Shown piece after piece: positions 17,704 to 26,325 of a stretch of DNA of 64,000 nucleotides. Both the position numbers and the translations under genes were made by a program. Within the stretch, counting starts at the first letter, position 1, and each line of letters begins with the position of its first letter. The stretch spans positions 1 through 64,000 of the IMG/VR virus record IMGVR_UViG_3300020599_000003; one strand, 5' to 3'. The stretch is from a virus. The notes under the pieces were generated by a model. The model worked only from the letters and a program-made list of their open reading frames with translations, searched no databases and was not told the DNA's origin.

Positions 17704-18660
17704 ATGAATCAACGCCCCGTCAAGAAGTCGAGCAAGAAATCTGTCAAGCGTCCGGGCCTGGGCCAGTCGGCCAAAATGTTCCGGCGTGAATCCCGTAAGC
17801 CCAACCCCAAGATCATGGTCCAGCGCTCGCCTCTGCACGGTCTCGGAGTGTGGGCACAATACCCAATCAAGGCAGGCGAGTTTCTGGCCGAGTACGTCGG
17901 TCAGCTGATCACGCCGGAAGAAAACGAGCGGCTCCAGTCGCACACGGATGACCCCAACCATACCTTCTCGTTTGGTCTGGAGTGCGGGATGATTATCGAC
18001 GGTGGTGTCGAAGGCAACATCTCGCGGTACATCAACCACTCGTGCTCACCCAACGCGGAATTCCGCGAAGTGCCCTATGCGGAGGGTTGCCCTCTGGAGA
18101 TGAACAGCCGCCTGTTCATCTACGCCACGCAGGACATCGGCGCGGGCGAAGAGATCTTCTTCGACTATAGCCTACAGTACGATGGGCCCATCACTCCTGC
18201 AGTGAAGGAAGCATACAAGTGCATGTGCGGCTCTGAGAACTGCCGTGGCACCATGCTGGACCTCTCGTACAAGCCGCCTCGTACTCCGAAGGAGCGGGTC
18301 GAGGACCTGGAGGCGCAAGTCGAATCGCTGAACAGCATCGTCGAATCCCAGAGCGACCTGCTCAAGACGCAGGGCGACCTGCTCACCAAGCTGTCCCAGC
18401 AGGTGCTGACCCTCACCCGGCAGGTCATGGGCGAAATCGCGGAGAACTTGCCGACCGATCCGCCTGCACCCACCATGGAAGAGGTCGAGCGCGTGCTGGC
18501 GGAATCCGTGGACACCCCCGCGCCTCACGTCGGCGACGCTGTGCAAACTCCGGATGGTACGCCCGTCGGTCAGGAGGTCGTCGTTGTCAACACACCCACC
18601 GCTCCGACCGGCACCTTCACGCCGCGCAGACGCATCTTTCGCGGCCTTGGTAACGTCTGA
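17704..18660 (+). CDS. SET-domain lysine methyltransferase with post-SET motif
   Basis: HGLGVWA, EYVGQLI, RYINHSCSPN, EEIFFDY, CMCGSENCRG. Confidence 0.93.
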   Translation: MNQRPVKKSSKKSVKRPGLGQSAKMFRRESRKPNPKIMVQRSPLHGLGVWAQYPIKAGEFLAEYVGQLITPEENERLQSHTDDPNHTFSFGLECGMIIDGGVEGNISRYINHSCSPNAEFREVPYAEGCPLEMNSRLFIYATQDIGAGEEIFFDYSLQYDGPITPAVKEAYKCMCGSENCRGTMLDLSYKPPRTPKERVEDLEAQVESLNSIVESQSDLLKTQGDLLTKLSQQVLTLTRQVMGEIAENLPTDPPAPTMEEVERVLAESVDTPAPHVGDAVQTPDGTPVGQEVVVVNTPTAPTGTFTPRRRIFRGLGNV

Positions 18661-18702
18661 GGGGAAGCTCTTCGATTCGAAGAAGCACAAGGCACACGCC
18701 TT

Positions 18703-18954
18703 GTGGCTCGCATAGCTTTCATCGCTGGTGGAGGCTACGACGCAGACTGCGAATTGCGGAACGTGCTCGTCCGCTACACCGAACGGGTCGTTGTGTACGA
18801 CGGTGAGGGTGAGCGTCGGGAGTTCCACCGTCAACTGGTCGCCGCCATGCGCGCCTTCGTCGCCAGCAAGTTCGTCGTCACCGTGTCTAACGAGCTGCCG
18901 TTATGGTCCCAACAAACTCGGCCGAGCCGCGCTCATCAACAAGGAAAGGTATGA
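18703..18954 (+). CDS. Hypothetical protein
   Basis: GTG start, typical codon usage. Confidence 0.5.
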   Translation: MARIAFIAGGGYDADCELRNVLVRYTERVVVYDGEGERREFHRQLVAAMRAFVASKFVVTVSNELPLWSQQTRPSRAHQQGKV

Positions 18955-19006
18955 AGCTCAAAGACGTTGTCTTCGCCGCCCAGATCCCGCAGCAGGGAGA
19001 GGCGTG

Positions 19007-19216
19007 ATGGCCTGCAATGACAATTGCCACTACGGCCCAGCGCCGCACGTCTGCTTTTACAAGATTCCCGGCGCTAACATGGGGCAGAGCAGGACGCTGC
19101 CCGAATCCGAATGGCCGGATAACTACGAGCCGGACCCGGACGTGCCGGGTCTGGGCATGCACCACGCATGCGGCTGGAGCCGCGCCGCTCAGCCCACCAC
19201 CAAGGAAAGGACATGA
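19007..19216 (+). CDS. Small Cys/His-rich hypothetical protein
   Basis: TGATG coupling; C..C...HVC pattern. Confidence 0.55.
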   Translation: MACNDNCHYGPAPHVCFYKIPGANMGQSRTLPESEWPDNYEPDPDVPGLGMHHACGWSRAAQPTTKERT

Positions 19217-19701
19217 CCAACCAGAACAACGCCGCGCAGGCGGCAGAGCGAGCAATTAAGGCCGCCATCCGCAAGGCATACGACGACGGCTACAACGACG
19301 CCAAGATGGCCCCTGACAATTGCAGCACCTATTGTGGCCAGCGCGCCGAGCGTGAAGGCGCTGCCGCCCTGCTGTCCAAGCTGCGCGCCCCTGTAGCCGA
19401 TGCCCAGCCGGACTACCCCGGCGCAACGGTGGCAGACCGGCTGGACGCAATGGCCGACGACTGCGCGCCCGGTTCGCAGAGGGCCGCTGATCTGCGCGCT
19501 GCTGCCGCCGTGTGGCGTAAGCATTTGGCTGGACCTGCCGCCCAGCCCAAGCGCAGCCCGTATAACGCAAGCGGTTCTCTGTCCGAGTACGGCATTTTCC
19601 CCGAATGCGATGCTACCCCTGCCGCCCAGGCCAGCGGGCACCCTGCCGATGATTTCGACGATTCGGATATTCCATTCATCCGCAACGATGGGAGGTCCTG
19701 A
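19213..19701 (+). CDS. Prophage-type hypothetical protein with SSB-tail-like DDFDDSDIPF
   Basis: RBS AAGGA; MTNQNNAAQAAE...LLSKLRAPVAD; acidic DIPF near the C-terminus. Confidence 0.65.
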   Translation: MTNQNNAAQAAERAIKAAIRKAYDDGYNDAKMAPDNCSTYCGQRAEREGAAALLSKLRAPVADAQPDYPGATVADRLDAMADDCAPGSQRAADLRAAAAVWRKHLAGPAAQPKRSPYNASGSLSEYGIFPECDATPAAQASGHPADDFDDSDIPFIRNDGRS

Positions 19702-19900
19702 TGGGCAATTCTGGGTTGTTTGGAATCCGAACGCCGGAGCGCCTACGGTTCGGCACCCTACGCGCGATCTGGCAGAGCGCGAAGCCGAAAGGCTCGCCGC
19801 GCAACATTCGCGCGATCACTTCATCGTTCTGGAAGCGCTGTCCGTCAGTCGCACAAAGACCGTGGTCACCGAGCCTCTTTACGAAGAGTTGCCATTCTAG
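19688..19900 (+). CDS. Conserved small phage protein
   Basis: FWVVWNP...P.VRH...AEREAERLA...F.VL pattern. Confidence 0.65.
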   Translation: MGGPDGQFWVVWNPNAGAPTVRHPTRDLAEREAERLAAQHSRDHFIVLEALSVSRTKTVVTEPLYEELPF

Positions 19901-19909
19901 GAGCCACCC

Positions 19910-20548
19910 ATGACCGCCGAGGTTGAACTGCTGCTGATCCGTGGACTCCCGGGTAGCGGGAAAACCACGATGGCAAAGAAATACGCAGAGGCCGGTTATG
20001 TCCATTGTGAGGCCGACCAGTATTTTGAAGCCGGTGGTGAATACTGCTTCGATGGTAGCAAGCTGCGCGCGGCGCACGACGATTGTCTGCGGCGCGCCAT
20101 TGCCGCGATGGATGCAGGACGCCCTGTAGTCGTGGCGAACACATTTACCCGCCGCTGGGAGATGGAGCCGTATCTGAAAGCGGCAAAGAAGCGCGGGATC
20201 AATGCTCGCATCGTAGAGGCGACCGGAAATTGGGCGAACGTGCATGGAGTGCCAGCGGACGCTATCGAAAGGATGCGGGCGCGCTGGGAGCCTGTTGACC
20301 GCGCCCTGCTGGCCCGCGCCGACCTTCTGGCCGAGATGCAGCCGGTGGCGTGGGTCGCCGCCGACACGCTCACCTCCCCGCACCCGAGGTGCATTTCGTC
20401 GCTCGCCTATATGTCGTGGATGGACCGGGTGCGGGGCCGCGAATACGTGCCGCTCGCCATCATCGACCGCTACGCCGCGCCCCAGGCCAGTGAGTGTGAG
20501 TGCACCAGAAAGCCAAAGGCAGTTGCCGATAGCGAGACAGAACTATGA
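19910..20548 (+). CDS. P-loop kinase (AAA_33 / polynucleotide kinase-like)
   Basis: LIRGLPGSGKTT, EADQYF, VVVANTF. Confidence 0.85.
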   Translation: MTAEVELLLIRGLPGSGKTTMAKKYAEAGYVHCEADQYFEAGGEYCFDGSKLRAAHDDCLRRAIAAMDAGRPVVVANTFTRRWEMEPYLKAAKKRGINARIVEATGNWANVHGVPADAIERMRARWEPVDRALLARADLLAEMQPVAWVAADTLTSPHPRCISSLAYMSWMDRVRGREYVPLAIIDRYAAPQASECECTRKPKAVADSETEL

Positions 20549-20754
20549 ACGAGCGACAACGAAATTGAAATGCTCGCCGCGGGGTTGCCACTCAGCACGA
20601 ATACGGACCCGGGTCCGAGCCGGTCGAGAACCGCACCCATAAGGTCGGCGCGTTCAAGATCATCAAGCGCAACGCGCTCCTGCTCAGCACGAGCTAGCAT
20701 CGCATCTGCACGAAGTGCGGCAACCGTCAGACGAACACCGTCGCGGCCAAGTAG
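20545..20754 (+). pseudogene. Small Zn-ribbon-like gene with two premature stops
   Basis: ATGA-coupled start; TGA 20566 and TAG 20695 interrupt ...HEYGP...ICTKCG...*. Confidence 0.5.
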
Positions 20755-20809
20755 CAAACGGAGGGAGCCTAGGCTCTCCCATACGTTCTGCACCCCAATG
20801 GAGACTTCC

Positions 20810-21391
20810 ATGCACCAAAACCTCGCAGCCCGTCTGGCAGGCCTCCTGTCCGGCGCACTGATTACGTGTGGCATCGCGCTCTTCATGTATGGACCGTCCA
20901 AGCTGGGCCAAGGCACGGAAGGCTTGCCCACGTCCTCTACATTCGAGGTCTACGAGCCGAAACCTGTGCTGGTAGCCGATCTGGTGCCGCCCTTGCGGAT
21001 CACGGCAGACGAGTTCGAGTGCCTCGCCAAGAACATCTTCCACGAGGCAGGCGTCGAGGGCTGGGAGGGTAAGATCGGAGTGGGGCAAGTCACGATCAAT
21101 CGTCTCAGACGCAAGCGATGGAAAAACACCATTTGTGAGGTCGTGTACGAACGCAAGCAATTCAGTTGGACAAACAACCTCAAGCTCCGTACCCAGAAGC
21201 CTCGAGGCCCTCTCTGGGAAGCCAGCCGCAAAGCCGCGCGTGACATCGTCGCCGGGGTGCGCCTGCCTGAGCTGAAGACTGCTCTGTTCTATCACACGGA
21301 TTACATCGAAAGTCCGAAGTGGGCCTCCCCGAAGTTCGTGCTAGCTCAAGTGGGTCGGCATGTGTTCTACAACAATGATGTCAAGAGATAA
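20810..21391 (+). CDS. Cell-wall hydrolase, SleB/Hydrolase_2 family, with N-terminal TM helix
   Basis: CLAKNIFHEAGVE...GVGQVTINR...ICEVVY...QFSW...LFYH..Y...P.W...GRHVFY. Confidence 0.9.
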   Translation: MHQNLAARLAGLLSGALITCGIALFMYGPSKLGQGTEGLPTSSTFEVYEPKPVLVADLVPPLRITADEFECLAKNIFHEAGVEGWEGKIGVGQVTINRLRRKRWKNTICEVVYERKQFSWTNNLKLRTQKPRGPLWEASRKAARDIVAGVRLPELKTALFYHTDYIESPKWASPKFVLAQVGRHVFYNNDVKR

Positions 21392-21412
21392 TATCCCGTA
21401 GAGGAATCCATT

Positions 21413-21688
21413 ATGAACCTCACACTGAATGCTGTGCAGTCAGTATATCCGGTGCGCCGAGTGGGCGATCGCCCCGCTGATCGCGCGCTCCACATCATGG
21501 AGCTTGGTAAGGCAATCGCCAAGCGAGCGCGGGATTGTAAGGCACACGCCGAATCCTGCGGGTTGAAGTCGGTCGCCCTGGACGTCGGTAACGACTCAGC
21601 CATCGCGGTTAGCTGCGCCATCAACATCCTGATAGCCGAAGGCTTGGATGTCGTCCTCAACAGAACTCAAATGGTCATCTCATGGTAA
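21413..21688 (+). CDS. Hypothetical protein
   Basis: RBS GAGGA. Confidence 0.6.
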   Translation: MNLTLNAVQSVYPVRRVGDRPADRALHIMELGKAIAKRARDCKAHAESCGLKSVALDVGNDSAIAVSCAINILIAEGLDVVLNRTQMVISW

Positions 21689-21879
21689 CGAAGACTCTGT
21701 TCCCGATCGATCAGGCTGCCGAAAAGACCAATCCACCCACCACACCGCCGTACTCGCCGCACGGCTACATCGGCAAGCCTTCCAACTGTCATCGCGATGT
21801 TGGTGGCCTGCCAGTCAAACGCTTTGCCCGCAACGTCGGCGAGGAAGGCGAAACCATGTACATCACGGAGAACCAATGA
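21682..21879 (+). CDS. Hypothetical protein
   Basis: Overlapping operon gene. Confidence 0.55.
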   Translation: MVTKTLFPIDQAAEKTNPPTTPPYSPHGYIGKPSNCHRDVGGLPVKRFARNVGEEGETMYITENQ

Positions 21880-22346
21880 AGTTCCTCATTGCCCTAGACC
21901 AGTGGGTAGTTGACCAAGTGTTCCAACGCATCGTCAATCTGACGCAACGTAAAGTCGGCTGGCACTGCGAACAGTGCGCGCTCTTCGCCACGCTCACCGC
22001 TATATACAGGCCGTTCGAGGACCATGACCAGGGCTGGATGATATGGATCTCGGTGTTCTTCAACCTGGCTCTCGGCTTCATATTGTGGGTACAGGCTCGG
22101 TTCGCCCCGTACCGCCTTGGTGATGAGTGGCCCGGCTGGCGTCGATTCTGGCTGTTCATCGTGGTCTTCGATTGCTTCACTAAGATCGACAGCCCTGCGC
22201 GAATCTTCATGGAGGTGGCGGTCACGGCGTACTTCTACTTCAGTGCATGCGACGATCCTCCTCCGCGCAAGCGTAAGGAAGAGAAGAAGGCTGTTACCCA
22301 GCCGCCCCTGTTCGGCACCATGTCACCAACCCCCAATCAAGGATAA
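21876..22346 (+). CDS. Multi-pass membrane protein
   Basis: ATGA overlap; several hydrophobic segments. Confidence 0.65.
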   Translation: MKFLIALDQWVVDQVFQRIVNLTQRKVGWHCEQCALFATLTAIYRPFEDHDQGWMIWISVFFNLALGFILWVQARFAPYRLGDEWPGWRRFWLFIVVFDCFTKIDSPARIFMEVAVTAYFYFSACDDPPPRKRKEEKKAVTQPPLFGTMSPTPNQG

Positions 22347-22429
22347 GCCATGACGAAGAAGTTCATTCGTGTCGGCGAGAACAAGGGCTTCATCATCGAA
22401 GCGCGATCCGTAGTCGCGCGCCTACCGCA

Positions 22430-22771
22430 ATGCTGAAGTGGGAGCGGGGCCGACAGGACGGTGGCTATGACAAGCTGCTGATCCTGTCGTCCGCCATCAT
22501 TCCGTTCGACATCTGGCTGCTGCGCTTTCCGAAAGGGGCGCGCATTGCCGAGCACGTCGATCCGGTGGATGCGGAATTCAACCACTACCGCATGAACGTC
22601 ATCGTGAAGCCTGCCAAGCGCGGCGGCGAGTTCCGTGTCACGAAGGCCATCATCAACTGGCGCTTCCTCAAGCTGTTCCGGCCGGACGTGTCTCCACACT
22701 CAGTCACGCAGGTCGATGAGGGTACGCGCTACGTCCTCAGCATCGGCTGGCTCACACGGAGAGCTCCGTAA
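22430..22771 (+). CDS. 2OG-Fe(II) oxygenase
   Basis: HVD...HYRMNV...H.V...G.RYVLSIGW (HxD...H...R). Confidence 0.8.
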   Translation: MLKWERGRQDGGYDKLLILSSAIIPFDIWLLRFPKGARIAEHVDPVDAEFNHYRMNVIVKPAKRGGEFRVTKAIINWRFLKLFRPDVSPHSVTQVDEGTRYVLSIGWLTRRAP

Positions 22772-22773
22772 AC

Positions 22774-22783
22774 CAATTTTATG
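22774..22783 (+). promoter_or_regulatory. Recurrent motif CAATTTTATG, candidate phage promoter
   Basis: Exact copies at 41323-41332 (+) and 30038-30047 (-). Confidence 0.45.
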
Positions 22784-22811
22784 GGCATCACCAACGCTGC
22801 ACGGTACACCC

Positions 22812-24485
22812 ATGAAAGACCCCATCACTTCCCTCCTGAAGTTGTTATACGTATTCGTGGTCGACTATGTGACCAACGGCGCGAATGGTCGCTCGCACGA
22901 GGTCTTCGACCATCTGCGTGAAGCCTACCGCACTGCCGACCCCGCTTACAAGAAGCGCCTCCAGCCTGAGCTCGACGACGCCATGCGCGCAGCCGGGAAG
23001 AATCCCCACGCCAAGACACTGGCCTACGCGGCGCTCGGTGTCACGCTGAAGAGCGTGATTCCCGAGATCGCGCACGACCGTGGCATCACCAATCAGCAGC
23101 TGGACCTGTTCAAGGCGCTGGGTCTGTATCTGCGCACGGATTCCCCTCCGGCGCTGGCAAAGCTGTCCAAGCTGGCGCTGTCGGCCACTCACGATAGCTG
23201 GATCGCCCAGAAGCTGGCAAAGGACGAGGTCCCGAAGCAGGATGACAGCAAGCTCCGCTATCTGGTGCGCAAGTTGACTGGTCGGGATGACACCAAGCTC
23301 ACGATGGACGAGGCGGTGCGCACCAAGGGCCGCTTCCCAAAGATGTACAAGGAATACCTGGCACTGCGTCGCCAGCACACGCAATCGTGGAAGGACGCAC
23401 TCCAGACCTACGTCAGCCAGTCAGGGGCGCGTCTGGTGCCCATGAAGCAATGGGAACAGTTCGCCAAAGCAAACGGAATTGAGACCACCCTCCCTACTGG
23501 TTTCGATGGCCTCATCGATGACCTCGGTCGCTTCTACACGCGAGACCATCGCCTGATCGACGGTGTACCCAACACCACGACCTTCCCGTCGGTCATCATG
23601 AACAAGAACTACGGGAAGGTCAACGGCGGTGACTGGTACTTCATGGCAGTGCGTGCCGACGGCAACGCGGGTCCGTACTTCTACACGGTAGACTACAAGA
23701 AGTCTCAGCGTGAGAAGAAGTTTGAGAAGGTGAAGGACTTCAGCAAGGTCCTGGAGACCATGCACAAGAAGTGGTTTGCGAAGGTGAAGAACTTCGACCC
23801 CACTGACCCGAAGTCTGTTGCGGCTACGATCCTGGAGATCTTGTACCTCTATTCGGCCCGTATCGGTGGACGCGGCAACGCAGCGAACGGGGAACCTACC
23901 TTCGGCATCAGCACGTTGCTGGTGAAGCACATCTATCCGCAGTCCAATGGCGATATCTTCATCCGCTACCCCGGCAAGGATGGTGTAGCCACTAAGCACA
24001 TCCTCCGGATCAACGACCCGATCCAGAAGTTCATCATCAACAACCTGATGCACCTCATCCAGGACAAGAAGCCTCGTGACCCTGTCTTCACGGTCGAGAA
24101 GGGCAACCGCCAGGTGCCTATCAACTCCGCTCAGGTCAACGGGTACTTCTCGTCGCTGGGCGCGCCCGATGGTGTGACTGTACACAAGCTACGTACACGG
24201 CGCGGCACTCAGATCGCTCGTGAATGGGTTGACCGCCAGATGGAGAAGGGTCCTCGTTCGCAGCCTAAGAACCCGAAGGCTGCCCTGGAATTGCTCAAGC
24301 AGATGGCGACGAAAGTCGGCAAGGAACTCAACCACGTCCGACGCAACGCCGCTGGCGTGCAGAGCATCACACCCTCCACTGCTCTGCAGAATTACATCGA
24401 CCCCACTCTATGTAAAGAGATCTATGATTTCTGGGGCATCCGCTATCCGCCCTTCCTTGAGAAGTTACTCGGTACGGCTGGTTAG
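22812..24485 (+). CDS. DNA topoisomerase IB with long N-terminal extension
   Basis: SARIG...GISTL...YPGKDG...HKLRT...LNH...NYIDP catalytic pentad. Confidence 0.85.
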   Translation: MKDPITSLLKLLYVFVVDYVTNGANGRSHEVFDHLREAYRTADPAYKKRLQPELDDAMRAAGKNPHAKTLAYAALGVTLKSVIPEIAHDRGITNQQLDLFKALGLYLRTDSPPALAKLSKLALSATHDSWIAQKLAKDEVPKQDDSKLRYLVRKLTGRDDTKLTMDEAVRTKGRFPKMYKEYLALRRQHTQSWKDALQTYVSQSGARLVPMKQWEQFAKANGIETTLPTGFDGLIDDLGRFYTRDHRLIDGVPNTTTFPSVIMNKNYGKVNGGDWYFMAVRADGNAGPYFYTVDYKKSQREKKFEKVKDFSKVLETMHKKWFAKVKNFDPTDPKSVAATILEILYLYSARIGGRGNAANGEPTFGISTLLVKHIYPQSNGDIFIRYPGKDGVATKHILRINDPIQKFIINNLMHLIQDKKPRDPVFTVEKGNRQVPINSAQVNGYFSSLGAPDGVTVHKLRTRRGTQIAREWVDRQMEKGPRSQPKNPKAALELLKQMATKVGKELNHVRRNAAGVQSITPSTALQNYIDPTLCKEIYDFWGIRYPPFLEKLLGTAG

Positions 24486-24824
24486 CGCCCAAGCGTTCAA
24501 TACATACTTGTTGAGGCGGTCCTTGGTTGGAACCCGTCTAGGGTTGACTGTAAGATAGCAGAAGCGCGAATTGGGGCGGACTACGATCAAGACGAAGTCC
24601 GCCCCACATTCCTTTGCACGCGCAGTACCAGCAAAGAGCTTGTTGGGGTTGTGTTCGAGAGCATGCTTGTATGTATACTCGGACTTCACCTCTACTATGA
24701 GGCGCTTAGATCCACTCTTGGCGAGTATACCCGGATAGTAGACTCGACCTTTGCCCGCACTGTCTTGATCGCGGATGTCCTTCACGAGTCGAGATGGTAA
24801 ATTGGCAAAATGCTTACCCACCAT
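24465..24824 (-). pseudogene. Degenerate PD-(D/E)xK endonuclease
   Basis: RVYYPGI...IVEVKSEYTY (PD replaced by PG); antisense to neighbours, more A/T-rich. Confidence 0.5.
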
Positions 24825-24846
24825 TCCTCGCGAAACTTCTCGGCGT

Positions 24847-25077
24847 ATGAACGACACCAACGAACCCGTCCTCGATGCCCCTGCCGCAGTCGGAGCCGTC
24901 CGCTTCGGCAAGGGCGTCAAGTGGTCTATCGTGATTGCTGCGGCCCAGCGCCACTACGAATATATCACCTCCACGGAACAGGAGAAGGAACGCCTCCGCA
25001 AAGCCGGGGAGCTCATGCACCAAATCCGCGCCGGTGGCGCACCCGAACACCGACAGCCTGGGGACATCCATGACTAG
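24847..25077 (+). CDS. Hypothetical protein
   Basis: ORF MNDTNEP. Confidence 0.55.
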   Translation: MNDTNEPVLDAPAAVGAVRFGKGVKWSIVIAAAQRHYEYITSTEQEKERLRKAGELMHQIRAGGAPEHRQPGDIHD

Positions 25078-25639
25078 CCAGCTCAACGCCTCTTCCGACT
25101 GGTTCGAGCATCTAAGCAAGAAGCAGCAAGAGGACTACATCAAGGAGCACCCCAATAGCAAGTACGCAAAGGGGAATTTCAAGTCCAACGAAGATAATCA
25201 CGCCCGCAAGCAAGAGGCGATCGATGCTCTGGACCGTGAACGTACCGCTCTGAAGTATCAGCACGGTGATGCCTTCGCCCGCCTACATCACGCCAAGCGC
25301 GCCAGAGACTATCTGGCCAGTAGGCCCGGCGTGAAGACGCAGGACATGCTGGATGAGATTGCTCGTCACGACGACGCCATCAAGCGTTACAGCCAGCATC
25401 CGGCAGTGAAGCGGGTCGAGCAGATCGATGCAGAACGTCATGCTCGCCAGCAAGCCATCGACTTGGCCGAAGCTCTCCACGGTAAGCTCAACAAGAGGAT
25501 CAAGAAGCTGATCGACCAGCGCTTCAAAGCTGAGCTCAAGTGGACTACCGCTGAAACTTCTGGAGCCCGCAACCAGGGTCGTGATGAATTCCGCCGACTC
25601 AATCGCGAGATTGCAAACGAGATCGATAAAGTACGCTAA
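25070..25639 (+). CDS. Hypothetical charged helical protein
   Basis: WFEHLSKKQQEDYIKEHPNSKYAK N-terminal motif. Confidence 0.7.
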   Translation: MTSQLNASSDWFEHLSKKQQEDYIKEHPNSKYAKGNFKSNEDNHARKQEAIDALDRERTALKYQHGDAFARLHHAKRARDYLASRPGVKTQDMLDEIARHDDAIKRYSQHPAVKRVEQIDAERHARQQAIDLAEALHGKLNKRIKKLIDQRFKAELKWTTAETSGARNQGRDEFRRLNREIANEIDKVR

Positions 25640-25645
25640 TCGACA

Positions 25646-25975
25646 ATGCCCATCTTCCACCCCACCCGTGACGACTACGCCCGTGTCTCCAGCATCAACC
25701 TCAACAAGACCCGCCCCGCTTTGATCCAGGAAGCGTTGCTCGGTGTGGAGGCCCCGTCCGGCTGGCAAACCGAACGGTTCCCCAACTCGGTACGCTTTCA
25801 CAAGCACCGCGCCACTCTGCCCAGCGTATCAGTGCGCACCATCAATCCCACGCAGCTCCGAGTGGAACTCGATCGCAAGGTCAACGGGAAGATCACAACG
25901 GAGTCCTCTGTACACACCAGCGCAGCCGAAGCGCGGGAAGCTCTGCTGGGCGCGCTCCAGTTAGCCATCGCCTGA
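25646..25975 (+). CDS. Hypothetical protein
   Basis: Operon position. Confidence 0.65.
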   Translation: MPIFHPTRDDYARVSSINLNKTRPALIQEALLGVEAPSGWQTERFPNSVRFHKHRATLPSVSVRTINPTQLRVELDRKVNGKITTESSVHTSAAEAREALLGALQLAIA

Positions 25976-25995
25976 TTTGCTCGGGCCACAAAAGC

Positions 25996-26033
25996 AAAAG
26001 CCCCTCCAGGATGCGAGTCCTGGAGGGGCTTTT
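25996..26033. terminator. Bidirectional intrinsic terminator
   Basis: AAAAGCCCCTCCAGGA-tgcgag-TCCTGGAGGGGCTTTT between convergent genes. Confidence 0.88.
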
Positions 26034-26049
26034 GGTTGATGCTCACTTT

Positions 26050-26304
26050 TCAGTTCGCGTCAGATGGAGGATGCGGAGGAGGTCCAGGCGGCTGCGTCAG
26101 CTTGATGGCTGCTCCGGTGCCAGCCAGCAGCGCACCGATACCTATGCCGTAGTCCTGGACGCTCCAGGCGGCATTCTGCCAGACGACGCTGTATACGCTC
26201 AGGCCGATACCTGCTATGGCTGCCAGCACGGCAATCCATCTATGTGCGTCCTGGGCTCCGTCATCGTCAGTGAGAAGCTCGTGTAGAATGTGTCCTAGAA
26301 GCAC
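26050..26304 (-). CDS. Holin-like two-TM membrane protein
   Basis: RBS GGAG; two hydrophobic helices, YGIGIGALLAG. Confidence 0.55.
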   Translation of the reverse strand: MLLGHILHELLTDDDGAQDAHRWIAVLAAIAGIGLSVYSVVWQNAAWSVQDYGIGIGALLAGTGAAIKLTQPPGPPPHPPSDAN

Positions 26305-26325
26305 TATAGATCTCCTTGTCGAGTA

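Noticed and set aside
22812-24485. Tyrosine integrase or lysogeny module
   Set aside because: Motif spacing (RIG, GK, KLRT, YIDP) fits Topo IB; no att site or repressor seen.
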